In this document: positions 39,401-53,329 of the stretch, one piece after another
Layout of the letters: every line of letters starts with the position of its first letter
Position numbering within the stretch: the stretch's first letter is position 1
Assembly: GCF_009914755.1 (NCBI RefSeq)
Contig: NC_060937.1
DNA length: 64,000 nucleotides
Direction: 5' to 3' (one strand)
Source: the human T2T-CHM13v2.0 reference genome, Homo sapiens
Program-made: the position numbers and the translations under genes
The notes under the pieces: generated by a model
What the model saw: the letters and a program-made list of their open reading frames with translations, nothing else
Told to the model about the DNA's origin: nothing
Database searches by the model: none

Positions 39401-42400
39401 TCCCGTTTCCAACGAAATCGTTAGAGCTATCCAAATATCCACTTACAGTTTCTACAAAAAGAGTGTTTCCAAACTGCTGCATCAAAAGAAAGGTTCAACT
39501 CTGTTAGTTGAGGACACACGTCACAAAGAAGTTTGTGAGCATGCTTCTGTCTAGATTTTGTATGACGATATTCCCTTTTCCAGCGATATCATTAAAGCAA
39601 TCTAAATATCCATTTGCAGAATCCACAAAAATAGAGTTTCAAAGCTGCTCTGTAAAAAGAAAGGTTCCACTCTGTTAGCTGAGTACACACATCACAAACT
39701 TGTTTCTCAGAATCCTTCTGTCTCGTTTTTCTGGGAAGATATTTACTTTTTCACCGTAGGCATCAAAGCGCTCCAAATGTCCACATCCAGATACTCCAGA
39801 AAGAGTGTTTCAAACCTGCTCTATGAAAGGGAATCTTCAACTCTATGAGTTGAATGCAGACATCAGAAAGAAATTTCTGAGAATGCTGCTGTCTACCTTT
39901 TATTTGAATTCCCGCTTCCAACGAAATCCTCCAAGCTATCCAAATATCCACCTGCATTTTCCACAAAAAGAGCGTTTCAAAACTGCTCTATCAATAGAAA
40001 TGTTCAACTCCTTTGGCTGGGTACACACATCACAAACAAGTTTCTGAGAATGCTTCTGTCTAGTTTTTATGGGAAGACATTCCCTTTTTCACCAAAGGCA
40101 TCAAAGCGCTCCAAATGTCCACTTCCAGACACTACAAAAAGAGTGTTTCCAACGTGCTCTAAGAAAGCGAATGTTCAACTCTGTGACTTGAATGCAGATA
40201 TCACAAAGTAGTTTCTGAGAGGGCTTCTGTCTAGATTTTAGATGATGATATTCCCGTTTCCAACGAAATCATTAGAGCTATCCAAATATCCACTTACAGT
40301 TTCTACAAAAAGAGTGTTTCCAAACTGCTGCATCAAAAGAGAGGTTCCACTCTGTTAGCTGAGTACACACATCACAAACTTGTTTCTCAGAATCCTTCTG
40401 TCTCGTTTTTCTGGGAAGATATTTACTTTTTCACCGTAGGCATCAAAGCGCTCCAAATGTCCACATCCAGATACTCCAGAAAGAGTGTTTCAAACCTGCT
40501 CTATGAAAGGGAATCTTCAACTCTATGAGTTGAATGCAGACATCAGAAAGAAATTTCTGAGAATGCTGCTGTCTACCTTTTATTTGAATTCCCGCTTCCA
40601 ACGAAATCCTCCAAGCTATCCAAATATCCACTTGCAGATTCCACAAAAAGAGTGTTTCAAAACTGCTCTCTATCAATGGCAAAGTTCAACTCTGTTAGTT
40701 GAGGACACATATCACCAACAAGTTTCTGAGAATGCTTCTGTCTATTTTTTATGGGAAGATATTTCCTTTTTCACCGTAGGCGTCAAGGCGATCGAAATGT
40801 CCACTTCCACAAACTACAAAAAGAGTGTTTCAAACCTGCTCTATGAAAGGCCATGTTCATCTCTATGAGTCGAATGGAAATATCCGAAAGAAATTTCTGG
40901 GAATGCTGCTGTCTAGTTTTTATACGAATTCCCGCTTCCAACGAAATCCTCAAAGCAATCCAAATATCCACTTGCAGAATCCACAAAAAGAGTGTTTCAA
41001 AACTGCTCTATCAATAGAAAGGTTCAACTCTTTTAGTTGAGTACACACATCACAAACAAGTTTCTGAGAATGCTTCTGTCTGGCTTTTATTGGAAGACGT
41101 TTCCTTTTCACCAAAGGCATCAAAGCGCTCCAAATGTCCACTTCCAGATTCTTCCAAAAGAGTGTTTGAAACGTGCTCAAAGTAAGGGAATGTTCAACTC
41201 TGTGACTTGAATGCAGATATCACCAAGTAGTTTCTAATAGTGCTTCTGTCTAGATTTTAGATGATGATATTCCCGTTTCCAACGAAATCGTTAGAGCTAT
41301 CCAAATATCCACTTACAGTTGCTACAAAAACAGTGTTTCCAAACTGCTGCATCAAAAGAAAGGTTCAACTCTGTTAGTTGAGGACACACGTCACAAAGAA
41401 GTTTGTGAGAATGCTTCTGTCTAGATTTTGTATGACGATATTCCCTTTTCCAACGATATCGTTAAAGCAATCTAAATATCCATTTGCAGAATCCACAAAA
41501 ATAGAGTTTCAAAGCTGCTCTGTAAAAAGAAAGGTTCCACTCTGTTAGCTGAGTACACACATCACAAACTTGTTTCTCAGAATCCTTCTGTCTCGTTTTT
41601 CTGGGAAGATATTTACTTTTTCACCGTAGGCATCAAAGCGCTCCAAATGTCCACATCCAGATACTCCAGAAAGAGTGTTTCAAACCTGCTCTATGAAAGG
41701 GAATCTTCAACTCTATGAGTTGAATGCAGACATCAGAAAGAAATTTCTGAGAATGCTGCTGTCTACCTTTTATTTGAATTCCCGCTTCCAACGAAATCCT
41801 CCAAGCTATCCAAATATCCACTTGCAGATTCCACAAAAAGAGTGTTTCAAAACTGCTCTCTATCAATGGCAAAGTTCAACTCTGTTAGTTGAGGACACAT
41901 ATCACCAACAAGTTTCTGAGAATGCTTCTGTCTATTTTTTATGGGAAGATATTTCCTTTTTCACCGTAGGCGTCAAGGCGATCGAAATGTCCACTTCCAC
42001 AAACTACAAAAAGAGTGTTTCAAACCTGCTCTATGAAAGGCCATGTTCATCTCTATGAGTCGAATGGAAATATCCGAAAGAAATTTCTGGGAATGCTGCT
42101 GTCTAGTTTTTATACGAATTCCCGCTTCCAACGAAATCCTCAAAGCAATCCAAATATCCACTTGCAGAATCCACAAAAAGAGTGTTTCAAAACTGCTCTA
42201 TCAATAGAAAGGTTCAACTCTTTTAGTTGAGTACACACATCACAAACAAGTTTCTGAGAATGCTTCTGTCTGGCTTTTATTGGAAGACGTTTCCTTTTCA
42301 CCAAAGGCATCAAAGCGCTCCAAATGTCCACTTCCAGATTCTTCCAAAAGAGTGTTTGAAACGTGCTCAAAGTAAGGGAATGTTCAACTCTGTGACTTGA

Positions 42401-45400
42401 ATGCAGATATCACCAAGTAGTTTCTAATAGTGCTTCTGTCTAGATTTTAGATGATGATATTCCCGTTTCCAACGAAATCGTTAGAGCTATCCAAATATCC
42501 ACTTACAGTTTCTACAAAAAGAGTGTTTCCAAACTGCTGCATCAAAAGAAAGGTTCAACTCTGTTAGTTGAGGACACACATCACAAAGAAGTTTGTGAGA
42601 ATGCTTCTGTCTAGATTTTGTATGACCATATTCCCTTTTCCAGCGATATCATTAAAGCAATCTAAATATCCATTTGCAGAATCCACAAAAATAGAGTTTC
42701 AAAGCTGCTCTGTAAAAAGAAAGGTTCCACTCTGTTAGCTGAGTACACACATCACAAACTTGTTTCTCAGAATCCTTCTGTCTCGTTTTTCTGGGAAGAT
42801 ATTTACTTTTTCACCGTAGGCATCAAAGCGCTCCAAATGTCCACATCCAGATACTCCAGAAAGAGTGTTTCAAACCTGCTCTATGAAAGGGAATCTTCAA
42901 CTCTATGAGTTGAATGCAGACATCAGAAAGAAATTTCTGAGAATGCTGCTGTCTACCTTTTATTTGAACTCCCGCTTCCAACGAAATCCTCCAAGCTATC
43001 CAAATATCCACTTGCATTTTCCACAAAAAGAGTGCTTCAAAACTGCTCTATCAATAAATGTTCAACTCCTTTAGCTGGGTACACACATCACAAACAAGTT
43101 TCTGAGAATGCTTCTGTCTAGTTTTTATGGGAAGACATTCCCTTTTTCACCAAAGGCATCAAAGCGCTCCAAATGTCCACTTCCAGACACTACAAAAAGA
43201 GTGTTTCCAACGTGCTCTAAGAAAGCGAATGTTCAACTCTGTGACTTGAATGCAGATATCACAAAGTAGTTTCTGAGAGGGCTTCTGTCTAGATTTTAGA
43301 TGATGATATTCCCGTTTCCAACGAAATCATTAGAGCTATCCAAATATCCACTTACAGTTTCTACAAAAAGAGTGTTTCCAAACTGCTGCATCAAAAGAGA
43401 GGTTCCACTCTGTTAGCTGAGTACACACATCACAAACTTGTTTCTGAGAATCCTTCTGTGTCGTTTTTATGGGAAGATATTTACTTTTTCACCGTAGGCA
43501 TCAAAGCGCTCCAAATGTCCACATCCAGATACTCCAGAAAGAGTGTTTCAAACCTGCTCTATGAAAGGGAATCTTCAACTCTATGAGTTGAATGCAGACA
43601 TCAGAAAGAAATTTCTGAGAATGCTGCTGTCTACCTTTTATTTGAATTCCCGCTTCCAACGAAATCCTCCAAGCTATCCAAATATCCACTTGCAGATTCC
43701 ACAAAAAGAGTGTTTCAAAACTGCTCTCTATCAATGGCAAAGTTCAACTCTGTTAGTTGAGGACACATATCACCAACAAGTTTCTGAGAATGCTTCTGTC
43801 TATTTTTTATGGGAAGATATTTCCTTTTTCACCGTAGGCGTCAAGGCGATCGAAATGTCCACTTCCACAAACTACAAAAAGAGTGTTTCAAACCTGCTCT
43901 ATGAAAGGCCATGTTCATCTCTATGAGTCGAATGGAAATATCCGAAAGAAATTTCTGGGAATGCTGCTGTCTAGTTTTTATACGAATTCCCGCTTCCAAC
44001 GAAATCCTCAAAGCAATCCAAATATCCACTTGCAGAATCCACAAAAAGAGTGTTTCAAAACTGCTCTATCAATAGAAAGGTTCAACTCTTTTAGTTGAGT
44101 ACACACATCACAAACAAGTTTCTGAGAATGCTTCTGTCTGGCTTTTATTGGAAGACGTTTCCTTTTCACCAAAGGCATCAAAGCGCTCCAAATGTCCACT
44201 TCCAGATTCTTCCAAAAGAGTGTTTGAAACGTGCTCAAAGTAAGGGAATGTTCAACTCTGTGACTTGAATGCAGATATCACCAAGTAGTTTCTAATAGTG
44301 CTTCTGTCTAGATTTTAGATGATGATATTCCCGTTTCCAACGAAATCGTTAGAGCTATCCAAATATCCACTTACAGTTGCTACAAAAACAGTGTTTCCAA
44401 ACTGCTGCATCAAAAGAAAGGTTCAACTCTGTTAGTTGAGGACACACGTCACAAAGAAGTTTGTGAGAATGCTTCTGTCTAGATTTTGTATGACGATATT
44501 CCCTTTTCCAACGATATCGTTAAAGCAATCTAAATATCCATTTGCAGAATCCACAAAAATAGAGTTTCAAAGCTGCTCTGTAAAAAGAAAGGTTCCACTC
44601 TGTTAGCTGAGTACACACATCACAAACTTGTTTCTCAGAATCCTTCTGTCTCGTTTTTATGGGAAGATATTTACTTTTTCACCGTAGGCATCAAAGCGCT
44701 CCAAATGTCCACATCCAGATACTCCAGAAAGAGTGTTTCAAACCTGCTCTATGAAAGGGAATCTTCAACTCTATGAGTTGAATGCAGACATCAGAAAGAA
44801 ATTTCTGAGAATGCTGCTGTCTACCTTTTATTTGAATTCCCGCTTCCAACGAAATCCTCCAAGCTATCCAAATATCCACTTGCAGATTCCACAAAAAGAG
44901 TGTTTCAAAACTGCTCTCTATCAATGGCAAAGTTCAACTCTGTTAGTTGAGGACACATATCACCAACAAGTTTCTGAGAATGCTTCTGTCTATTTTTTAT
45001 GGGAAGATATTTCCTTTTTCACCGTAGGCGTCAAGGCGATCGAAATGTCCACTTCCACAAACTACAAAAAGAGTGTTTCAAACCTGCTCTATGAAAGGCC
45101 ATGTTCATCTCTATGAGTCAAATGGAAATATCCGAAAGAAATTTCTGGGAATGCTGCTGTCTAGTTTTTATACGAATTCCCGCTTCCAACGAAATCCTCA
45201 AAGCAATCCAAATATCCACTTGCAGAATCCACAAAAAGAGTGTTTCAAAACTGCTCTATCAATAGAAAGGTTCAACTCTTTTAGTTGAGTACACACATCA
45301 CAAACAAGTTTCTGAGAATGCTTCTGTCTGGCTTTTATTGGAAGACGTTTCCTTTTCACCAAAGGCATCAAAGCGCTCCAAATGTCCACTTCCAGATTCT

Positions 45401-48400
45401 TCCAAAAGAGTGTTTGAAACGTGCTCAAAGTAAGGGAATGTTCAACTCTGTGACTTGAATGCAGATATCACCAAGTAGTTTCTAATAGTGCTTCTGTCTA
45501 GATTTTAGATGATGATATTCCCGTTTCCAACGAAATCGTTAGAGCTATCCAAATATCCACTTACAGTTGCTACAAAAACAGTGTTTCCAAACTGCTGCAT
45601 CAAAAGAAAGGTTCAACTCTGTTAGTTGAGGACACACGTCACAAAGAAGTTTGTGAGAATGCTTCTGTCTAGATTTTGTATGACGATATTCCCTTTTCCA
45701 ACGATATCGTTAAAGCAATCTAAATATCCATTTGCAGAATCCACAAAAATAGAGTTTCAAAGCTGCTCTGTAAAAAGAAAGGTTCCACTCTGTTAGCTGA
45801 GTACACACATCACAAACTTGTTTCTCAGAATCCTTCTGTCTCGTTTTTCTGGGAAGATATTTACTTTTTCACCGTAGGCATCAAAGCGCTCCAAATGTCC
45901 ACATCCAGATACTCCAGAAAGAGTGTTTCAAACCTGCTCTATGAAAGGGAATCTTCAACTCTATGAGTTGAATGCAGACATCAGAAAGAAATTTCTGAGA
46001 ATGCTGCTGTCTACCTTTTATTTGAATTCCCGCTTCCAACGAAATCCTCCAAGCTATCCAAATATCCACTTGCAGATTCCACAAAAAGAGTGTTTCAAAA
46101 CTGCTCTCTATCAATGGCAAAGTTCAACTCTGTTAGTTGAGGACACATATCACCAACAAGTTTCTGAGAATGCTTCTGTCTATTTTTTATGGGAAGATAT
46201 TTCCTTTTTCACCGTAGGCGTCAAGGCGATCGAAATGTCCACTTCCACAAACTACAAAAAGAGTGTTTCAAACCTGCTCTATGAAAGGCCATGTTCATCT
46301 CTATGAGTCGAATGGAAATATCCGAAAGAAATTTCTGGGAATGCTGCTGTCTAGTTTTTATACGAATTCCCGCTTCCAATGAAATCCTCAAAGCAATCCA
46401 AATATCCACTTGCAGAATCCACAAAAAGAGTGTTTCAAAACTGCTCTATCAATAGAAAGGTTCAACTCTTTTAGTTGAGTACACACATCACAAACAAGTT
46501 TCTGAGAATGCTTCTGTCTGGCTTTTATTGGAAGACGTTTCCTTTTCACCAAAGGCATCAAAGCGCTCCAAATGTCCACTTCCAGATTCTTCCAAAAGAG
46601 TGTTTGAAACGTGCTCAAAGTAAGGGAATGTTCAACTCTGTGACTTGAATGCAGATATCACCAAGTAGTTTCTAATAGTGCTTCTGTCTAGATTTTAGAT
46701 GATGATATTCCCGTTTCCAACGAAATCGTTAGAGCTATCCAAATATCCACTTACAGTTTCTACAAAAAGAGTGTTTCCAAACTGCTGCATCAAAAGAAAA
46801 GTTCAACTCTGTTAGTTGAGGACACACATCACAAAGAAGTTTGTGAGAATGCTTCTGTCTAGATTTTGTATGACCATATTCCCTTTTCCAGCGATATCAT
46901 TAAAGCAATCTAAATATCCATTTGCAGAATCCACAAAAATAGAGTTTCAAAGCTGCTCTGTAAAAAGAAAGGTTCCACTCTGTTAGCTGAGTACACACAT
47001 CACAAACTTGTTTCTCAGAATCCTTCTGTCTCGTTTTTATGGGAAGATATTTACTTTTTCACCGTAGGCATCAAAGCGCTCCAAATGTCCACATCCAGAT
47101 ACTCCAGAAAGAGTGTTTCAAACCTGCTCTATGAAAGGGAATCTTCAACTCTATGAGTTGAATGCAGACATCAGAAAGAAATTTCTGAGAATGCTGCTGT
47201 CTACCTTTTATTTGAACTCCCGCTTCCAACGAAATCCTCCAAGCTATCCAAATATCCACTTGCATTTTCCACAAAAAGAGTGCTTCAAAACTGCTCTATC
47301 AATAAATGTTCAACTCCTTTAGCTGGGTGCACACATCACAAACAAGTTTCTGAGAATGCTTCTGTCTAGTTTTTATGGGAAGACATTCCCTTTTTCACCA
47401 AAGGCATCAAAGCGCTCCAAATGTCCACTTCCAGACACTACAAAAAGAGTGTTTCCAACGTGCTCTAAGAAAGCGAATGTTCAACTCTGTGACTTGAATG
47501 CAGATATCACAAAGTAGTTTCTGAGAGGGCTTCTGTCTAGATTTTAGATGATGATATTCCCGTTTCCAACGAAATCATTAGAGCTATCCAAATATCCACT
47601 TACAGTTTCTACAAAAAGAGTGTTTCCAAACTGCTGCATCAAAAGAGAGGTTCCACTCTGTTAGCTGAGTACACACATCACAAACTTGTTTCTGAGAATC
47701 CTTCTGTGTCGTTTTTATGGGAAGATATTTACTTTTTCACCGTAGGCATCAAAGCGCTCCAAATGTCCACATCCAGATACTCCAGAAAGAGTGTTTCAAA
47801 CCTGCTCTATGAAAGGGAATCTTCAACTCTATGAGTTGAATGCAGACATCAGAAAGAAATTTCTGAGAATGCTGCTGTCTACCTTTTATTTGAATTCCCG
47901 CTTCCAACGAAATCCTCCAAGCTATCCAAATATCCACTTGCAGATTCCACAAAAAGAGTGTTTCAAAACTGCTCTCTATCAATGGCAAAGTTCAACTCTG
48001 TTAGTTGAGGACACATATCACCAACAAGTTTCTGAGAATGCTTCTGTCTATTTTTTATGGGAAGATATTTCCTTTTTCACCGTAGGCGTCAAGGCGATCG
48101 AAATGTCCACTTCCACAAACTACAAAAAGAGTGTTTCAAACCTGCTCTATGAAAGGCCATGTTCATCTCTATGAGTCGAATGGAAATATCCGAAAGAAAT
48201 TTCTGGGAATGCTGCTGTCTAGTTTTTATACGAATTCCCGCTTCCAACGAAATCCTCAAAGCAATCCAAATATCCACTTGCAGAATCCACAAAAAGAGTG
48301 TTTCAAAACTGCTCTATCAATAGAAAGGTTCAACTCTTTTAGTTGAGTACACACATCACAAACAAGTTTCTGAGAATGCTTCTGTCTGGCTTTTATTGGA

Positions 48401-51400
48401 AGACGTTTCCTTTTCACCAAAGGCATCAAAGCGCTCCAAATGTCCACTTCCAGATTCTTCCAAAAGAGTGTTTGAAACGTGCTCAAAGTAAGGGAATGTT
48501 CAACTCTGTGACTTGAATGCAGATATCACCAAGTAGTTTCTAATAGTGCTTCTGTCTAGATTTTAGATGATGATATTCCCGTTTCCAACGAAATCGTTAG
48601 AGCTATCCAAATATCCACTTACAGTTGCTACAAAAACAGTGTTTCCAAACTGCTGCATCAAAAGAAAGGTTCAACTCTGTTAGTTGAGGACACACGTCAC
48701 AAAGAAGTTTGTGAGAATGCTTCTGTCTAGATTTTGTATGACGATATTCCCTTTTCCAACGATATCGTTAAAGCAATCTAAATATCCATTTGCAGAATCC
48801 ACAAAAATAGAGTTTCAAAGCTGCTCTGTAAAAAGAAAGGTTCCACTCTGTTAGCTGAGTACACACATCACAAACTTGTTTCTCAGAATCCTTCTGTCTC
48901 GTTTTTATGGGAAGATATTTACTTTTTCACCGTAGGCATCAAAGCGCTCCAAATGTCCACATCCAGATACTCCAGAAAGAGTGTTTCAAACCTGCTCTAT
49001 GAAAGGGAATCTTCAACTCTATGAGTTGAATGCAGACATCAGAAAGAAATTTCTGAGAATGCTGCTGTCTACCTTTTATTTGAATTCCCGCTTCCAACGA
49101 AATCCTCCAAGCTATCCAAATATCCACTTGCAGATTCCACAAAAAGAGTGTTTCAAAACTGCTCTCTATCAATGGCAAAGTTCAACTCTGTTAGTTGAGG
49201 ACACATATCACCAACAAGTTTCTGAGAATGCTTCTGTCTATTTTTTATGGGAAGATATTTCCTTTTTCACCGTAGGCGTCAAGGCGATCGAAATGTCCAC
49301 TTCCACAAACTACAAAAAGAGTGTTTCAAACCTGCTCTATGAAAGGCCATGTTCATCTCTATGAGTCGAATGGAAATATCCGAAAGAAATTTCTGGGAAT
49401 GCTGCTGTCTAGTTTTTATACGAATTCCCGCTTCCAACGAAATCCTCAAAGCAATCCAAATATCCACTTGCAGAATCCACAAAAAGAGTGTTTCAAAACT
49501 GCTCTATCAATAGAAAGGTTCAACTCTTTTAGTTGAGTACACACATCACAAACAAGTTTCTGAGAATGCTTCTGTCTGGCTTTTATTGGAAGACGTTTCC
49601 TTTTCACCAAAGGCATCAAAGCGCTCCAAATGTCCACTTCCAGATTCTTCCAAAAGAGTGTTTGAAACGTGCTCAAAGTAAGGGAATGTTCAACTCTGTG
49701 ACTTGAATGCAGATATCACCAAGTAGTTTCTAATAGTGCTTCTGTCTAGATTTTAGATGATGATATTCCCGTTTCCAACGAAATCGTTAGAGCTATCCAA
49801 ATATCCACTTACAGTTTCTACAAAAAGAGTGTTTCCAAACTGCTGCATCAAAAGAAAGGTTCAACTCTGTTAGTTGAGGACACACATCACAAAGAAGTTT
49901 GTGAGAATGCTTCTGTCTAGATTTTGTATGACCATATTCCCTTTTCCAGCGATATCATTAAAGCAATCTAAATATCCATTTGCAGAATCCACAAAAATAG
50001 AGTTTCAAAGCTGCTCTGTAAAAAGAAAGGTTCCACTCTGTTAGCTGAGTACACACATCACAAACTTGTTTCTCAGAATCCTTCTGTCTCGTTTTTATGG
50101 GAAGATATTTACTTTTTCACCGTAGGCATCAAAGCGCTCCAAATGTCCACATCCAGATACTCCAGAAAGAGTGTTTCAAACCTGCTCTATGAAAGGGAAT
50201 CTTCAACTCTATGAGTTGAATGCAGACATCAGAAAGAAATTTCTGAGAATGCTGCTGTCTACCTTTTATTTGAATTCCCGCTTCCAACGAAATCCTCCAA
50301 GCTATCCAAATATCCACTTGCAGATTCCACAAAAAGAGTGTTTCAAAACTGCTCTCTATCAATGGCAAAGTTCAACTCTGTTAGTTGAGGACACATATCA
50401 CCAACAAGTTTCTGAGAATGCTTCTGTCTATTTTTTATGGGAAGATATTTCCTTTTTCACCGTAGGCGTCAAGGCGATCGAAATGTCCACTTCCACAAAC
50501 TACAAAAAGAGTGTTTCAAACCTGCTCTATGAAAGGCCATGTTCATCTCTATGAGTCGAATGGAAATATCCGAAAGAAATTTCTGGGAATGCTGCTGTCT
50601 AGTTTTTATACGAATTCCCGCTTCCAACGAAATCCTCAAAGCAATCCAAATATCCACTTGCAGAATCCACAAAAAGAGTGTTTCAAAACTGCTCTATCAA
50701 TAGAAAGGTTCAACTCTTTTAGTTGAGTACACACATCACAAACAAGTTTCTGAGAATGCTTCTGTCTGGCTTTTATTGGAAGACGTTTCCTTTTCACCAA
50801 AGGCATCAAAGCGCTCCAAATGTCCACTTCCAGATTCTTCCAAAAGAGTGTTTGAAACGTGCTCAAAGTAAGGGAATGTTCAACTCTGTGACTTGAATGC
50901 AGATATCACCAAGTAGTTTCTAATAGTGCTTCTGTCTAGATTTTAGATGATGATATTCCCGTTTCCAACGAAATCGTTAGAGCTATCCAAATATCCACTT
51001 ACAGTTGCTACAAAAACAGTGTTTCCAAACTGCTGCATCAAAAGAAAGGTTCAACTCTGTTAGTTGAGGACACACGTCACAAAGAAGTTTGTGAGAATGC
51101 TTCTGTCTAGATTTTGTATGACGATATTCCCTTTTCCAACGATATCGTTAAAGCAATCTAAATATCCATTTGCAGAATCCACAAAAATAGAGTTTCAAAG
51201 CTGCTCTGTAAAAAGAAAGGTTCCACTCTGTTAGCTGAGTACACACATCACAAACTTGTTTCTCAGAATCCTTCTGTCTCGTTTTTCTGGGAAGATATTT
51301 ACTTTTTCACCGTAGGCATCAAAGCGCTCCAAATGTCCACATCCAGATACTCCAGAAAGAGTGTTTCAAACCTGCTCTATGAAAGGGAATCTTCAACTCT

Positions 51401-53329
51401 ATGAGTTGAATGCAGACATCAGAAAGAAATTTCTGAGAATGCTGCTGTCTACCTTTTATTTGAATTCCCGCTTCCAACGAAATCCTCCAAGCTATCCAAA
51501 TATCCACTTGCAGATTCCACAAAAAGAGTGTTTCAAAACTGCTCTCTATCAATGGCAAAGTTCAACTCTGTTAGTTGAGGACACATATCACCAACAAGTT
51601 TCTGAGAATGCTTCTGTCTATTTTTTATGGGAAGATATTTCCTTTTTCACCGTAGGCGTCAAGGCGATCGAAATGTCCACTTCCACAAACTACAAAAAGA
51701 GTGTTTCAAACCTGCTCTATGAAAGGCCATGTTCATCTCTATGAGTCGAATGGAAATATCCGAAAGAAATTTCTGGGAATGCTGCTGTCTAGTTTTTATA
51801 CGAATTCCCGCTTCCAACGAAATCCTCAAAGCAATCCAAATATCCACTTGCAGAATCCACAAAAAGAGTGTTTCAAAACTGCTCTATCAATAGAAAGGTT
51901 CAACTCTTTTAGTTGAGTACACACATCACAAACAAGTTTCTGAGAATGCTTCTGTCTGGCTTTTATTGGAAGACGTTTCCTTTTCACCAAAGGCATCAAA
52001 GCGCTCCAAATGTCCACTTCCAGATTCTTCCAAAAGAGTGTTTGAAACGTGCTCAAAGTAAGGGAATGTTCAACTCTGTGACTTGAATGCAGATATCACC
52101 AAGTAGTTTCTAATAGTGCTTCTGTCTAGATTTTAGATGATGATATTCCCGTTTCCAACGAAATCGTTAGAGCTATCCAAATATCCACTTACAGTTTCTA
52201 CAAAAAGAGTGTTTCCAAACTGCTGCATCAAAAGAAAGGTTCAACTCTGTTAGTTGAGGACACACATCACAAAGAAGTTTGTGAGAATGCTTCTGTCTAG
52301 ATTTTGTATGACCATATTCCCTTTTCCAGCGATATCATTAAAGCAATCTAAATATCCATTTGCAGAATCCACAAAAATAGAGTTTCAAAGCTGCTCTGTA
52401 AAAAGAAAGGTTCCACTCTGTTAGCTGAGTACACACATCACAAACTTGTTTCTCAGAATCCTTCTGTCTCGTTTTTATGGGAAGATATTTACTTTTTCAC
52501 CGTAGGCATCAAAGCGCTCCAAATGTCCACATCCAGATACTCCAGAAAGAGTGTTTCAAACCTGCTCTATGAAAGGGAATCTTCAACTCTATGAGTTGAA
52601 TGCAGACATCAGAAAGAAATTTCTGAGAATGCTGCTGTCTACCTTTTATTTGAACTCCCGCTTCCAACGAAATCCTCCAAGCTATCCAAATATCCACTTG
52701 CATTTTCCACAAAAAGAGTGCTTCAAAACTGCTCTATCAATAAATGTTCAACTCCTTTAGCTGGGTGCACACATCACAAACAAGTTTCTGAGAATGCTTC
52801 TGTCTAGTTTTTATGGGAAGACATTCCCTTTTTCACCAAAGGCATCAAAGCGCTCCAAATGTCCACTTCCAGACACTACAAAAAGAGTGTTTCCAACGTG
52901 CTCTAAGAAAGCGAATGTTCAACTCTGTGACTTGAATGCAGATATCACAAAGTAGTTTCTGAGAGGGCTTCTGTCTAGATTTTAGATGATGATATTCCCG
53001 TTTCCAACGAAATCATTAGAGCTATCCAAATATCCACTTACAGTTTCTACAAAAAGAGTGTTTCCAAACTGCTGCATCAAAAGAGAGGTTCCACTCTGTT
53101 AGCTGAGTACACACATCACAAACTTGTTTCTGAGAATCCTTCTGTGTCGTTTTTATGGGAAGATATTTACTTTTTCACCGTAGGCATCAAAGCGCTCCAA
53201 ATGTCCACATCCAGATACTCCAGAAAGAGTGTTTCAAACCTGCTCTATGAAAGGGAATCTTCAACTCTATGAGTTGAATGCAGACATCAGAAAGAAATTT
53301 CTGAGAATGCTGCTGTCTACCTTTTATTT

